From assembly GCA_964016885.1 (NCBI GenBank), contig OZ024740.1, positions 61,132,001 through 61,196,000 on the forward strand: DNA of 64,000 bases. The letters are read 5' to 3'. The notes beneath the pieces were generated by a model. That model saw only the letters and a program-made list of their open reading frames with translations, was not told the DNA's origin and did no database searches. Made by a program: the position numbers and the translations under genes. The DNA is from Eledone cirrhosa. Taxonomy: Eukaryota. Positions 1 to 12,081 of the stretch are shown in pieces (position 1 is the stretch's first letter; each line of letters begins with the position of its first letter).

Positions 1-291
1 TGTATTTTAGCTGCTGTCAGCTTTGATGGAGTACATCTATAAACAAAGGCATTCCAGCTGTGGCCATCTCATCTGTCTTTATCAGACAACATTATGCAAT
101 GTGTCCTCAGCAGCATAGTTATCGATTATAAGATAATTATATTTTGTGTACATTGAGCAGTAGCTGGGAAGTCATGACAACAATTTTATCATCCCACATC
201 CAATTTGAAATATAAGAATTAAGGTTCATATTATTATTGCTGTCTTCTTAGTATTACAACCTTAGAACGTCTCACAATATTTTGAATTTAG

Positions 292-570
292 ATGATAACT
301 ATACATGTAAATGGAGTTTCACTGAAGCAGGTGGAGAAGTTCAAGTATCTCGGGGCTGTGTTCATGAGTGATGGAAGGCAGGAGGCTGAGTTAAGTGCAA
401 GAATTGCAGGAGCTGGTGCAGTAATGCACCAGCTTCAGCATTCAGTAATCAGAAAAAGTGGGGTAGGCATAAAAGCCAGTATTTGGTATTTGTGTCAACC
501 CTTATCTATGATTATGAATTTTGGGTAATGACTGAAAAAATGTGATTGTGAATACAAGTGGCTGAAATAA
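292..570 (+). mobile_element. Decayed RTE-clade LINE fragment (RT C-terminal region)
   Basis: ORF 292-528 has LKQVEKFKYLGAVF...ELSARIAGA, typical of the post-RT region of RTE non-LTR elements; frameshifted afterwards. Confidence 0.75.
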
Positions 571-635
571 CAAAACAAACGGCACAGTACATGGACGAAA
601 TATATAGATTTATGCTTGAAATAGCAGGAAGAGAG

Positions 636-678
636 TCTTAACGTTTCTGACTTCTGACACTAGCCCTTCATCAAAAGA
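636..678 (-). ncRNA. Degenerate minimal hammerhead ribozyme motif (Penelope-type remnant)
   Basis: Minus strand: tctt-TTGATGA-agggctagtgtcagaagtca-GAAA-cg-TT-aaga. Stem I tctt/aaga and palindromic stem III are present; stem II pairs poorly. Confidence 0.35.
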
Positions 679-791
679 TAAAGTTAGAAATAGAAGATAA
701 ATAGAAAGTAAAGAGTGATTAGAAGGAACAAGGCAAATGAGAAAAAAAAAATTGGGGAGTAAAAAAACAAGTGTGCATTTAGTCGGATATA

Positions 792-1130
792 TTCATTTCA
801 TTCATTCATTTCATTTTACGTCCGCTTTTTCCCTGCTTGCAAGGGTGGGACGAGAACTGATGCTGACTTGATTTCTACAGCTGGATGCCCTTCCTAACAC
901 CAACCTCATTTACAGTGAGTGCTGGGTGCTTTTTTGCCGTGGCACCTGCACGACCACTTTGCAGTGGAATGATAGGGACCCCAGTCCCTATCATCTCATT
1001 TCTACAGCTGAGTAAACTGGAGCAATGTGAAATAAAGTGTCTTGCTCAAGGAAACAACACATCACCCGGTCTGAGAATTGAACTCACAACCTTTCGATTG
1101 CAAGGCCAATGCTCTAACCACTAAGCCATG
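792..1130 (-). mobile_element. tRNA-derived SINE, family 1
   Basis: Reverse complement of the copy at 8667-9088: A box TGGCTTAGTGG, B box GTTCAATTC, body CTTGAGCAAGACACTTTATTTCAC, RTE-like 3' tail and simple-repeat end. Confidence 0.85.
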
Positions 1131-1196
1131 TTTACAAACAAACAAACCGAGCATTATAATAAATGTTCGGTAAACCGATATGTGCATATATATATG
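1129..1196 (+). repeat. Fragment of hammerhead-bearing repeat family A
   Basis: tacaaacaaacaaaccgagcattataataaatgttcggtaaaccgata matches 5490-5540 and 62845-62890. Confidence 0.8.
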
Positions 1197-1243
1197 TATT
1201 TTGTTAGAGATGCCTACTGGCTGGAGTAGGTTTTACTATATAT

Positions 1244-4200
1244 TTAGGTAAGGCAGGTCTTCTCTGTTACTGAGTACCGCCAAAGGTCTCGGTCCAGTGA
1301 CATTGTCTTGGAGAGGTGTAAGTGTGTGATGTCGGAGTTTATCAGCTCGTCCCAGGTTTTTCTAGGTCTGCCTATTCCGTGACTACCGTCTATCTTTATT
1401 GCCCTGCACTTTGTTATACAGCTATCGACTTTCATGCGCATCACGTGTCCATACCAACGTAGCCTTCTCTCGAGTAAACAACATCTGATCCCTCTTATCT
1501 CTAATTTTTTCCTTAGTTCGTTTATGCTTTGCCGTTCACGTATATTACTGTTACACATCCAGCGGAGCATGCAAGCTTCGTTCCTCTCTAGTCTGCGTAT
1601 ATCCTCTGCACACAATGCCCAGGTCTCACTGCCATGCAGCATTGCTGTTCGTATGCAGGCATCGTACAACCTGCCTTTCATTTTTAGGGAGAACCCTTTA
1701 GCAGCTAATAGTGGTATAAGCTCTCTGAACTTTTTCCAACCAGTTCTGACTCTAGCTACAGTACTTTCAGAGCACCCTCCCCCACTGCTGATTTTATCGC
1801 CCAGGTAACGGAAGCTGTCCACTATTTCTATAGAACCCTCTGCGCAATTGAAAGAGCTAGTATTTTGTGGGCACTTGCTGCTACTTATTGCACCAGAACA
1901 CCGGCCACATGTAAAATCTATGTTCTTAGTTAGCTTACCTGTGATCCCACTACATCTTTTATGCACCCATACTTTGCATTTAGGACATAAAATGGAGTTT
2001 CTACCTACGCCTTTCCTACACACCGAGCACGACCATTTCCCAGAAGGGACCGCCGCCTTGTTTTCTTTCCTACAAACTAGTACTTTGGTCTTAGCCAGGT
2101 TAATTTTAAGTCCTTTTGACTCTAGGCCGTGCTTCCATGTTTGGAATTTCTTCTCTAGCTCGGCCATTGATTCCGCTATCAGTGTCAGGTCGTCTGCGTA
2201 TAGGAGTTCCCATGGGCAGCCTGTCTTGAACTCCTCTGTTATAGCCTGAAGGGCAATAATAAATAGTAGGGGGCTGAGAACAGAGCCCTGATGGACGCCA
2301 ACTTTTACGCTAAACTCTTCACTATATTCGTTGTTAATTCTAACCTTGCTGACTGTTTCTTTATACATGGCTTGTATAGCCCTCACAAGCCATTCGTCAA
2401 CGCCTAGTTTTCTAAGAGCCCACCAGATAATGGAGCGGGGGGACTCTGTCGAAGGCTTTCTCCAAGTCGACAAAAGCTAAGTAGAGGGGTTTACATTTAG
2501 CTAGGTACTTCTCCTGTAGTTGTCGTACTATGAAAAGAGCGTCTGTGGTACTTTTGCCTGACACAAACCCGAACTGCATTTCATCTAGGTCAATTCTCTC
2601 TCTGATTAGTTGCGCTATTACTTTTTCCGTGACCTTCATGACCTGGTCGATTAATTTAATGCCTCTATAGTTACTCCTATCTAGGGCGTCTCCTTTACCC
2701 TTATAACAGTTAACGATGATGCTGCTATGCCAGTCCTTCGGAACAACCCCATTCTGTACGACTTGGTTAACTATGCGGGTGACCATGGTGTGTCCCACCG
2801 TGCCAGATGCCTTCAGCATCTCAGCAACTATTTCCGAAGGCCCAGCCGCCTTACCCGTCTTCATATCCTTGATTGCCTTACTTATTATCTCCCCTCGACT
2901 AACACTGCTGGTCCCTCTATTGGGTCGATATGGGGGAGACTGTCTTTCTCCCATTTATTCTCCTCATTTAGTAGCCTTTCATAGTGACACTTCCAAGCTA
3001 CCTTCTTATCAGCGTCGGTGATGGCAAGTGTGCCATCGTCGTTTAGTACACACTTCTCCCCGACAATATCACGGTTTTCCTTGACGCATTGCCTAGCAAT
3101 CCTGAACACCTCACGTTTTTGGTCATCGCGTTGTAGAACATGCTTGAACTTTCTTTCCTCAGCTTCCCTTCTTGCTAAGTACACTTGTCTCCTAGCTTCC
3201 CTCCTGGCCACTTGATAGTCTTCTCTACTTCCCCCATCCCGCCATACTTTCCAAGCCTGCTTTTTGGCCTTAATTGACCCCTCCACCTTACTGTTCCACC
3301 ACCATGTTACTCTCCTCCTGCCTACAGGCCTGCTCCAGCCACAGACTTCGTCTGTCGCCAACAGCAGGTTTGCTTTCAGAAATTCCCACTCTCCCTCTAT
3401 ATTGTCCGACTCTAAATGTTCTTCCTTACTGTCGAAAGCATCAAGTAATATGCTTTGAAATTTATTCCTGGCTGTGGGGTCCTTTAGCTTCCATATTTTT
3501 CTCCTGAGGATAGTCCTCTTCTGCTGTCGAGTACGTCTCGTCCTGACTATGAGGTCGCTAATTATCAGTCTATGTTGGGAGGTGCATTCTTCATGGGGGA
3601 GGGATTTAGTGTTTACAACAGACACTCTGTCACGTCTTCTGGTAAGGATATAATCTACCTGGCTTGTGTGTTCCCCGGATCTATAGGTGATCAGGTGATT
3701 GTCACGTTTTTTGAAGTTAGTGTTACAGATAGTTAGGTTATTTGCATCACAGAATTCCAGGATTCTGGAGCCTTCCTCATTTCTAGTACCAAACCCATAG
3801 CCTCCATGGATTTCGTCGTAGCCGTCACAATGTTGTCCAACGTGACCATTTAGGTCGCCTGCGATAATTATATAGTCACTGTCGGATATTTGGGAGGTAG
3901 TTAGCATCAGTGTCTCATAGAATCTGTCTTTTATAGTGCCGGGCAGTCCGGATTGGGGTGCGTACGCAGATATTACTGTCACCGTAGTTCTATTGAGGAC
4001 AAGTCGTATTTTAATTATTCTGTCGTTCACTCTATTTACGTCTATTATCTTATCTGCCCACTTTTCTGCTACCATGATTCCTACTCCACCCAGCCCATCG
4101 TCGTTTCCCACCCAGAAAAGCTTATAACATCGTTTTTTACCCTCAATGAACCTAGCAGACCCACCCCTCCACCTGGTCTCTTGAATACAACAAACATCGA

Positions 4201-4290
4201 CCTCCTTACGTTCAAGCATTTCTACAACCTCGTTAGCGCGACCCTTTAGGGTGCCTACATTTATGGTACCAACTCTGAAGTTTTGGATTG
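1244..4290 (-). CDS. RTE LINE polyprotein (APE-RT-PHD), ~1000 aa, interrupted by two single-base frameshifts
   Basis: The frame is open upstream of 4219 (NFRVGTINVGTLKG, APE start). Frameshifts fall at the C4 run ~2891-2894 and the G6 run ~2437-2442. No in-frame stops are seen otherwise. Confidence 0.9.
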
Positions 4291-4511
4291 CGTTTGGGGG
4301 TTGGGGGCGGGGGGCGATGGGGTTATGTTAGCCGTCCGCGGTCGAAACAATGAGGAGTGCTCGCATTCTCGTCCAAGAGGTGAATTTGTCTTTATCTTTG
4401 GCATTGTCGCTGAGCGTCCAGATTTTTCTCTCTCTCCTCCACTCTCCAGGATTCCGCAGTCCATCCATCCATCATATATCGAAAGGCAACCAGGCAAGCG
4501 ATAGTATAGGC

Positions 4512-4608
4512 CTCTGGCTTCTGATTGGTCCGCGTAATAATACTGGTGATGCGTGGGGGCTCTGGCTTATGATTGGTCCACGTAATAGCAATGGTGGTGC
4601 GTGGGGGC
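4512..4608 (-). promoter_or_regulatory. 48-bp tandem duplication with CCAAT boxes in the LINE 5' UTR
   Basis: ctctggctt(c/a)tgattggtcc(g/a)cgtaata...gcgtgggggc occurs twice (4512, 4560); each gives CCAATCA on the LINE sense strand. Confidence 0.45.
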
Positions 4609-4833
4609 GGGAGGGAGGGGTGTTGGGTAGCTAGATAGAAGGTAATGATTGAATGGGGTCCTTGCATTTAACAAGTGATTAACAAAAATACAAAATTTGT
4701 TCTGTTCAATACGACCAAAAACTTTCGTATTTAACAATTAATAAATACAAAAAATGTAGATTGTTTTAGCGATAGATTGGCTATTTGGACTTGATACGAA
4801 ATATGGATTGTTTTGAAAATACGCTAGAATTAG

Positions 4834-4951
4834 GAAATGGGGAATTAGGATTTGTGGAGGTAGAGATGAAGGAAAATATGTACATTACGTTACATGAATA
4901 TCGTGGGGGTAGACAGCAAAGCAATGAAATTTGGCGAAGTGAATTCCTATC

Positions 4952-4993
<42 letters not shown>

Positions 4994-5109
4994 GGGGGGG
5001 GGGGGGGTGGCCGCATGATGGTTGTGTGAAATGGGGAATTAGGATTTGTGGAGGTAGAGATGAAGGAAAATATGTACATTACGTTACATGAATATCGTGG
5101 GGTAGACAG
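4834..5109. repeat. ~82-bp direct repeats flanking a (GA)n/poly-G tract
   Basis: gaaatggggaattaggatttgtggaggtagagatgaagg...gtagacag at 4834-4916 and 5028-5109. Confidence 0.85.
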
Positions 5110-5110
5110 G

Positions 5111-5645
5111 TATATATATATATATACATACTACTGTACGTTTGTATACATATATGTATGTATGTATGTATACATTCATACATACTTACATTTAAGTAAG
5201 TGCCGTACTAAGAGTGAGAAATGAAATTTCGTTTCATTCTATTCCATTTATCGTTTTCGGTGTGCCCGGCCGACTGAACTCACTTGATATGCAAATTAGG
5301 CTGCTCAGCCGTTAATATGCATAAGGAAAGTATATACTTTCAGACGTTCAACCATCTGGCAGGAAGGTATACGATGCTGACGATAGCTAATAAGCTTGAA
5401 ACTAGTACATCGTTCCTGTGTCAGTGTTGAACAAAAAGGTGACGTGGTTGCCTAAACACTGTACGGCATAATTCGGACTGTTTGTTTGTGTACAAACAAA
5501 CAAACCGAGCATTATAATAAATATTTGGTAAACCGATACGTGTATATATATATATGTGTGCATGTATGTATATATATACATACTGCTGTATGTCTGTATA
5601 CATATATGTATGTACGTATACATTCATACATACTTATATATATGT
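5111..5645 (+). mobile_element. Hammerhead-bearing non-coding repeat, family A (retrozyme/PLE-like unit, ~450 bp, terminally redundant)
   Basis: Homologous to 42690-43140, 62006-62455 and 62460-63035; starts and ends with the same ctactgtacgt(c/t)tgtatacata...catactta block; embedded in (TA)n. Confidence 0.85.
5371..5413 (+). ncRNA. Minimal type I hammerhead ribozyme, family A
   Basis: acgatg-CTGACGA-tagct aata agctt-GAAA-ctag-TA-catcgt: perfect 6-bp stem I, canonical core, palindromic stem III (ACTAGT), GUA cleavage triplet. Confidence 0.9.
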
Positions 5646-5696
5646 ATATATTAATTCAAAATATTAACAAAAATAGAACTTCATTGTGATCAAGTA

Positions 5697-5763
5697 TATT
5701 TTATTATACATATTTCAGAGGTACTGAGCTAACTTCAACAGTACGTCCTCATCAGATAAAATA
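5697..5763 (-). ncRNA. Minimal type I hammerhead ribozyme, family B (3' region of a GIY-YIG Penelope-like element)
   Basis: tattttat-CTGATGA-ggacgtactg...cagtacctct-GAAA-tatgta-TA-ataaaata: 8-bp stem I, gtactg/cagtac stem II, quasi-palindromic stem III. Confidence 0.8.
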
Positions 5764-7822
5764 AGATGATGCATGACATACCCTGACATAGTAGATGGTT
5801 AAGATCCAGTCATGGTAGTGAGTAAGATATGACAAAACTCAATATTTATATACCTTAAGATTGATACATGAAAGAACTTACATATAATACATATAAAACA
5901 GAGGGTGCGTGTAAGAAAGCTTAAAAATACATAACAGTAATTTACATAACTGTTAGAGATTCAAATAATTATTGAAGAAAGAGGAAAGAAAAAAAGACAG
6001 AGAGAAAACATACGAGGGGAAAATATAGCTAGAAGAGGTATAGAGAGCAAAGGAGAAATGATCAAGGAAAGGGAGACAAAGAGGAATAATTCTAATTCTA
6101 GGGATGTATAGTTATGTATGATATATATCCATACACAACTATACATTTGGGCATAGCTATGCGATAGAGTAAACTCGAATCATTGAATTATTGAATTATC
6201 TAGAAATATTCATCAATCTAAATCCTAAATATAACTGGGTGTAATCAATAAAGGTTAATTTCCTCCGTTAATTAGTTATATATACTATCCAAATGTGTCC
6301 GGTTGACCGTTAACTTTCAAATCATTTAAGTTAGTTCAGAGTTATGAATTAATTAAAGTGTATAATATTTCAGGCTATAAAAGTTTATAAATATCTGTAT
6401 TAATATTAAAGTATACTATCATATTTAATTTATAAAATCATATTTTATGAATTCATATTTAAACTATTTGCAAACACGAGAGAGAAAGGTAAATCGAAGG
6501 TAAATCTTAATCATTTTATTATAATATATTTAATTATTTATATTATATTGAAGATATAATTTAAAAAAATTCAGATTAACAATTAGAATGCCTTAAAGCA
6601 TCAAATAATTAAACTTTAAAAAGTTTATTATTAAATTAGATATATGCATTTGTCTAAATATAAACAAAGATTATATTGTCTAAAGATTAAGATGATAGCT
6701 ATCTTTTATATATAACAAAATATAATACAATAAATAAGTTACTGATAATATTGTTAAAAATTAAGGTTTTAGATCAACTATTATAATAAGGTCATGTAAT
6801 ACATATATACTATAAATATACAAGTCAAACTTCTTGAATCACACGGATAAGAATCTGATTCAAAGTAAAAAAAAAATGAATTGTCTGCGATCTTAGATTT
6901 TTTTAATAAATTTATATAGTAGTATAATGTGTCTGTAAACATGAGAAAGAGAAAGCCTAAGGATTTCATTGACCCGAAGGTAAGCCAAATTTAATTAAAT
7001 AAAATAAAATAATAATCGTTATATAACTTAAAAAATATTTAGAACATAATTAACGATTATAACACTAGAAAAACATTAAAGTATCTAAAGTACTTATCAA
7101 TAATAATCGTTATATAACTTAGAGAGTTTAGAAAATATTTAGAAAAGAAAATATTTAACGATTATAACACTAGAAAGTCATTAAAGTATTTAAAGTACTT
7201 ATAAATGTAACAAGAAGCATGTTATTATACTAGATATACAGATTTGTTCAAATATAAATAGAGTATTCTAGATATTAGTGATCGATATACATATAATAAA
7301 TAAACAGTACAATCATTGTTAGTAATGTTATAATTGAAGTTTTACATCAAGATAAGTGGAAAAAAGATTATCGACTAGTATGGTGTGTGATGCATATACC
7401 GTAAATATATCTAAATAAAAATATATAAATCAAACTTCCTGAATCGTAAAACATACTCCAAATACGTAAATATAGAAAAACATAAATGCATGAATGATTT
7501 ACGGTACATTATAATTGTTAAGCGTATAAGCCATATATATAAAAAAATATACAAGAATCCCAGTCAAAAATTAAATATATCTTAATCAAAAGATATGCAC
7601 ATTCCTCAAGAGATCATGTTAACCAATATGTTTATATACCTAAACAGGACCCTTTAATCTAACATTAATCATATAAAAGAATTAAAAAATAAAAATTATT
7701 AAAGTTTTATAATCCGTTATAACGTTTGAGGTACACAATTGATAAGAGACGTTAAAAATTAGAACCAGCTTATTTAGTGTTTTTTCCTGACTTTTTGCGA
7801 GGCTTGGAATGTAGACAGAGTT

Positions 7823-8413
7823 TTAATGAAGGCACTTTGAGAATAATTCACTCTTTTTGTTAATTAAATTTTCACAATCAGTAATTATTAAAAGGGTCTC
7901 CATGGTACAGAGGTTGCAGTTAGGTGATATTGACGAATTCAAATAAATTCTACTATTACATAACTTCGCCCAAGAAATCGAGTATTTTAAGTTTTTGTCT
8001 TTTAATGACCATATAAGTTGTGATAAAGAAGTCGAAGATTTCCTATTAGGATTTGAAAAAGAGCATTTGTGATTCGCAAATCTTGCTTTAAATGTCGAAG
8101 AAGTTGCACCTATGTAGTTGTATGTGATGTTATTTGCTTTTACGGTGCATTTATATACCAAATTGCTATCAAGACAGTTATTTTGCAGAGGGCAATCAGG
8201 TCTATTTCTACAATTACACTTCGATTTATTGTTATTACTATAAATTGTACTATTTACATTAACATTATTAGTATTCCGAAATGTTCTATTGATTGCGATG
8301 TTACTGTTATTTCTAGTGTCAATATTGCTAGTGTTATTATATTCATTATCGTTAAATGTATGTTGATTTAGAATTCTACTATTTATTTTAGCAATGTTTT
8401 GGGCCATATTCAT
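7823..8413 (-). pseudogene. Penelope-like GIY-YIG endonuclease domain remnant
   Basis: CNCRNRPDCPLQNNC...NLVYKCTV...YIGATSSTFKARFANHKCSF...CNLCTME...LINKKSE. Confidence 0.9.
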
Positions 8414-8464
8414 AATTCTTTGATTTATTCATTGAACCTTGTTTAACCTTTAAAAAAAAAATAA

Positions 8465-8612
8465 AGAGAAAGAGAGAAAGAAAGAAAGAAAGAAAGAAAG
8501 AAAAAGAGAGAAAGAGAGAGTGAGTGAGTGAGTGAGTGAGTGAGTGAGTGAGTGAGTGAGTGAGTGAGTGAGTGAGTGAGTGAGTGAGTGAGTGAGTGAG
8601 TGAGTGTGTGTG
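8465..8612. repeat. (GAAA)n/(TGAG)n microsatellite
   Basis: Direct reading of the sequence. Confidence 0.95.
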
Positions 8613-8666
8613 TACAAAAGACAACAGTCCAAATCAAATATTTTTCAAAAATAATTATTACATGGT

Positions 8667-9088
8667 GGAGGCACATGGCTTAGTGGCTAGAGCATTGGCC
8701 TTGCAATCGAAAGGTTGTGAGTTCAATTCTCAGCCTGGGTGATGTGTTGTTTTCTTGAGCAAGACACTTTATTTCACATTTCTCCAGTTTACTCAGCTTT
8801 AGAAATGAGATGATAGGGACTGGGGTCCCTATCATTCCACTGCAAAAAAGCACCCAGCCCACACTGTAAAGTGGATGTGTAGGCGCCACGGCAAAAAAAG
8901 CACCCAGCCCACACTGTAAAGTGGACGTGTAGGTGCCACGGCAAAAAAAAAGCACCCAGCACTCACTGTAAATGAGGTTGATGTGAGGAAGGGCATCCAG
9001 ATGTAGAAATCAAGCCAGAATCAGTTCCCGTCCCACCCTTGCAAGCAGGGAAAAGCGGACGTAAAATGATGATGATGATGATGATGAT
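8667..9088 (+). mobile_element. tRNA-derived SINE, family 1, full length
   Basis: A box TGGCTTAGTGG (8676), B box GTTCAATTC (8721), internal repeats aaaagcacccagcccacactgtaaa, RTE-like 3' end and (GAT)n tail. Confidence 0.9.
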
Positions 9089-10389
9089 CTGATTCACTTC
9101 AAAATGTTTCTTATTTAATTCAAATGTTGACACTACTGTACAACACTGGTGCAGTTAATTTATAGTTTCAACATTGGATATTTTCATTCACTACATACTA
9201 TATTATGAAGACACTTGATTGATTCTGTACTTTTTAACAGACAACCTAGCAGTTGCATTATATCAACTCTTCATTAAAAATATAATTGAGCACAAGCCAA
9301 CAAAGGAGCTACTACCTGGTTGCTATTTAACTCTTCACATACTGTAATGAACTAGCAAAAAATATCTAAAAACAGGTTTGATAATTCAATTATTTACTAG
9401 TGGATAGATTGTGGTGAACATTTGCAATAAAATAAAGTAATGATTTCAATTTTTAATGTGATGCAGTCATAGTGATGCTTTTTACTTTTCAAGAATGTCT
9501 TACTAATGCAGTTACGTGCAGTGCAGGATGTAAAGAGTCAATGATCCTTAACAAAAGTCAACCATTATGTTTATCTATGTTTTCTCAAGGTATTATGTAA
9601 TATAGTTTTTATGTGATCTAAAAAAACAAAACAAAAACAAACAAACACTGTGTTAGATCCTACAGACTTAAGATCCAAAGTGTTGCTTCAGATAAAATGT
9701 ATGTCTATATTATGTAACTACATTATATGGTACTTGTTCCTCTTAACTCTTTAAAAACCTGAAATGATTTAACAGGGAATATTTAAAGACAAATTTGTTA
9801 ATTCAAATGTTCGCAGTATTTTGACTAATAGACAGATCATTGCTGTTATGTATTCTTTTTTTAAAAAAAAAAAAACTATCTTGTTAATGTGGTCTCATGT
9901 ACAGAATGTTTGAGTTAAACTGTACTGTGACTTAACTATTTCTAGCAAGTGAAACAACTGCTTCTCAATGTTCCTTTATTTGGCTCAATTTTGGCAAATG
10001 TCTTCATTTTACAGTATTTAAAAAATAAAACTGATTGATGACAAAACTTAATTGATGGGACCTGTGTTAAAAGCGCTAGGTGGTGGTGGTGATAAACAAG
10101 GTGACATTTTGCCATAAGAAGGGATAGGTACAGATTGGAAAACATTTGATCATACATTTTCACCATCAGTATTGCATTGGTTCTAAACATATATTGGTGT
10201 TGAAATGTGAACTGCACATGTGCAAAACTGAAAATAATCAGACTGCGAAATAATATTTTTGAAAATTTCTGATTCAAACTGTATTGGTCAGGATATCCTG
10301 ACATGGATATATGCATCTATAGATAGATGATATCTGGCTCTCTTTCACAAATGCCTATATGTCAATAGCAAAAAAAAATTATTTCTTTT

Positions 10390-10800
10390 CTTTTTCGCCC
10401 ACTTATTCCTGAGATGGTCGTGAGGGTAGAGTTCTCAAAACACTCCTTCCAGAATCCCCAAGCGTGACCAGCCAAGCTCATCAATGTTATCCAAGCATCT
10501 TGCTCGGGGTCTACCCCTAGGTTTCCTGCCGGTTGGTTTTGCCTGTAGAATCTGTCCAGCGATTCTTTTCTGAGACATTCTAACCACATGTCCGTAGTAT
10601 CGGAGCTGTGATCTCTCAATTTTCAGAAGTAATGGCTCTACCTGGAGTTACTCTCTGATCGCCAAGCTATGCACTCTATTGAGTAAATGTTACTTCAAAG
10701 AACCTTCAGAGAAACACCATTTCAACCGCTTGTATCCGCTATCGTATTCTTTCAATCATTACTTTAGATTCATGACCATAGGTAAGAGTTGGCATGAAAT
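10390..10800 (-). mobile_element. Decayed RTE-type LINE 3' end
   Basis: The minus strand encodes degenerate IQAVEMVFL.../RPRARCLD motifs; the same 3' end recurs at ~60925-61070. Confidence 0.6.
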
Positions 10801-12046
10801 TACTTCTTTCATACTTAAGAGTTGGATATATGTTCATAAATGTTATAGGAAATACCTTATATTTCAAGGAAAGTCCATGGAATGAATGTCAATTGTCATA
10901 AATATTATGTTCTATGCATTTGAAATTAATAAGTTAAACAATGCCAATAATCATGCAACTCTAAGAAGTTCACATTAATTTTTCTCTATCTGTAAAGAAC
11001 TTCATGGTCTCGGTATACTATTTTCCTGTGTGGTTTTATGGAAGAGGTAAGATAATTTTCATGTTTTTAATATTTGTTATTTAGAGTCTAAATTTTAGAC
11101 TTTATAATTCAAATTATAAAATTATATTTGCAGTAAATCTTTTTGCAGAAGCTAACATGTAGAATCAGAATGACCGTTTTACAATAAGATGCAGTCTATA
11201 AGTAAGTTCACTAAATAATCTTTGTTTCCTTCAGTTTATTTTTGAAAATGTTTGTCAATTAATAATTAAAAAACAATTTAAAATACTGCAACTTATTAGA
11301 AATACTTTAAATATTTTCTTACCACTTTTGGTTACTCATGTTAAAAATAGCTTTTTAACTATTTTCATCTTAAAAATATATTAAAATACCGATATTGTAA
11401 ATATTGGTATGTGTATGTGTGTGTGCATGTATACAAGCATGTAAGTGTGACTGCACGTGTATGAGCATGTGTGTATGAGTCCATGTGTGCGGTTTTTCTT
11501 TAGAAAGTTTGACCATAAAATGATGATGATGTTGGCATACATTGCCAATACACTGTTCACAACTAGAGTACTGGCATAAAGTTGTCAAACTTGTGGTTTC
11601 TGTTAGCTTTCCTATTTTTAGATGTTTGGTATTTTATGAGAAGAATCAAACTATTGGTCCCTCAAAAAACAAACATTCTTGGTATTCTAACCCTTTCATT
11701 ACCAACCTGCCCAAAACTGCTTCTGGTTCTATGAAACAAAAATCACCCATTTTAAATGGTTCTTATTTAAATTAAAATCTAACAATTTTTATATAAGAAC
11801 CATATATTAAGTTACTATCTTAGTAATGAAGTAATTAAGAATTCTAGTAAATCCTTCCAAATTCATCATTAATTAATTGAAATATATTGATCCACTGATA
11901 TTTATAGTCAAATACATTAGTGGGGATTAGTTGGCACCAAAAATGGAATGCATGAGAAAAATGTGGCTTTCTGACCCATCTAGTCTTGGAATGTGATAAC
12001 CTATCCAACTTATGCATGGTAAATAGACAAGACATAAAATGGTGAT

Positions 12047-12081
<35 letters not shown>

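Larger units (their letters stand above)
1195..4670 (-). mobile_element. Near-intact RTE-clade LINE (APE endonuclease + RT + PHD-like zinc finger), 3' UTR truncated
   Basis: Three overlapping ORFs 2885-4219, 2412-2954 and 1244-2473 give APE motifs (CCIQETRW, GDLNGHVG, SQVDYIL, SQHRL) and RT motifs (DLEKAFDRV, GVHQGSVLSP, YADD, YLG). The 5' boundary is approximate. Confidence 0.95.
5650..8450 (-). mobile_element. 5'-truncated Penelope-like element: GIY-YIG end, long AT-rich 3' region and hammerhead
   Basis: GIY-YIG ORF at 7823-8413, followed on the same strand by ~2 kb of AT-rich sequence (internal ~95-bp duplication 7010-7200) ending in a hammerhead motif. Continuity is inferred. Confidence 0.65.

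Noticed and set aside
1434-4634. Plus-strand ORFs overlapping the LINE
   Set aside because: Antisense shadows of the RTE ORF and UTR with no independent motifs.
8667-8740. tRNA-like sequence (also 13144-13230, 37525-37610)
   Set aside because: SINE heads that continue into SINE bodies and tails; no complete cloverleaf.
9942-10316. 124-aa minus ORF and a Pro/Ser-rich alternative frame (SVPIPSYGKMSPCLSPPPPS)
   Set aside because: No recognisable domain; the alternative frame is preceded by an in-frame TGA and I could not define a consistent exon.
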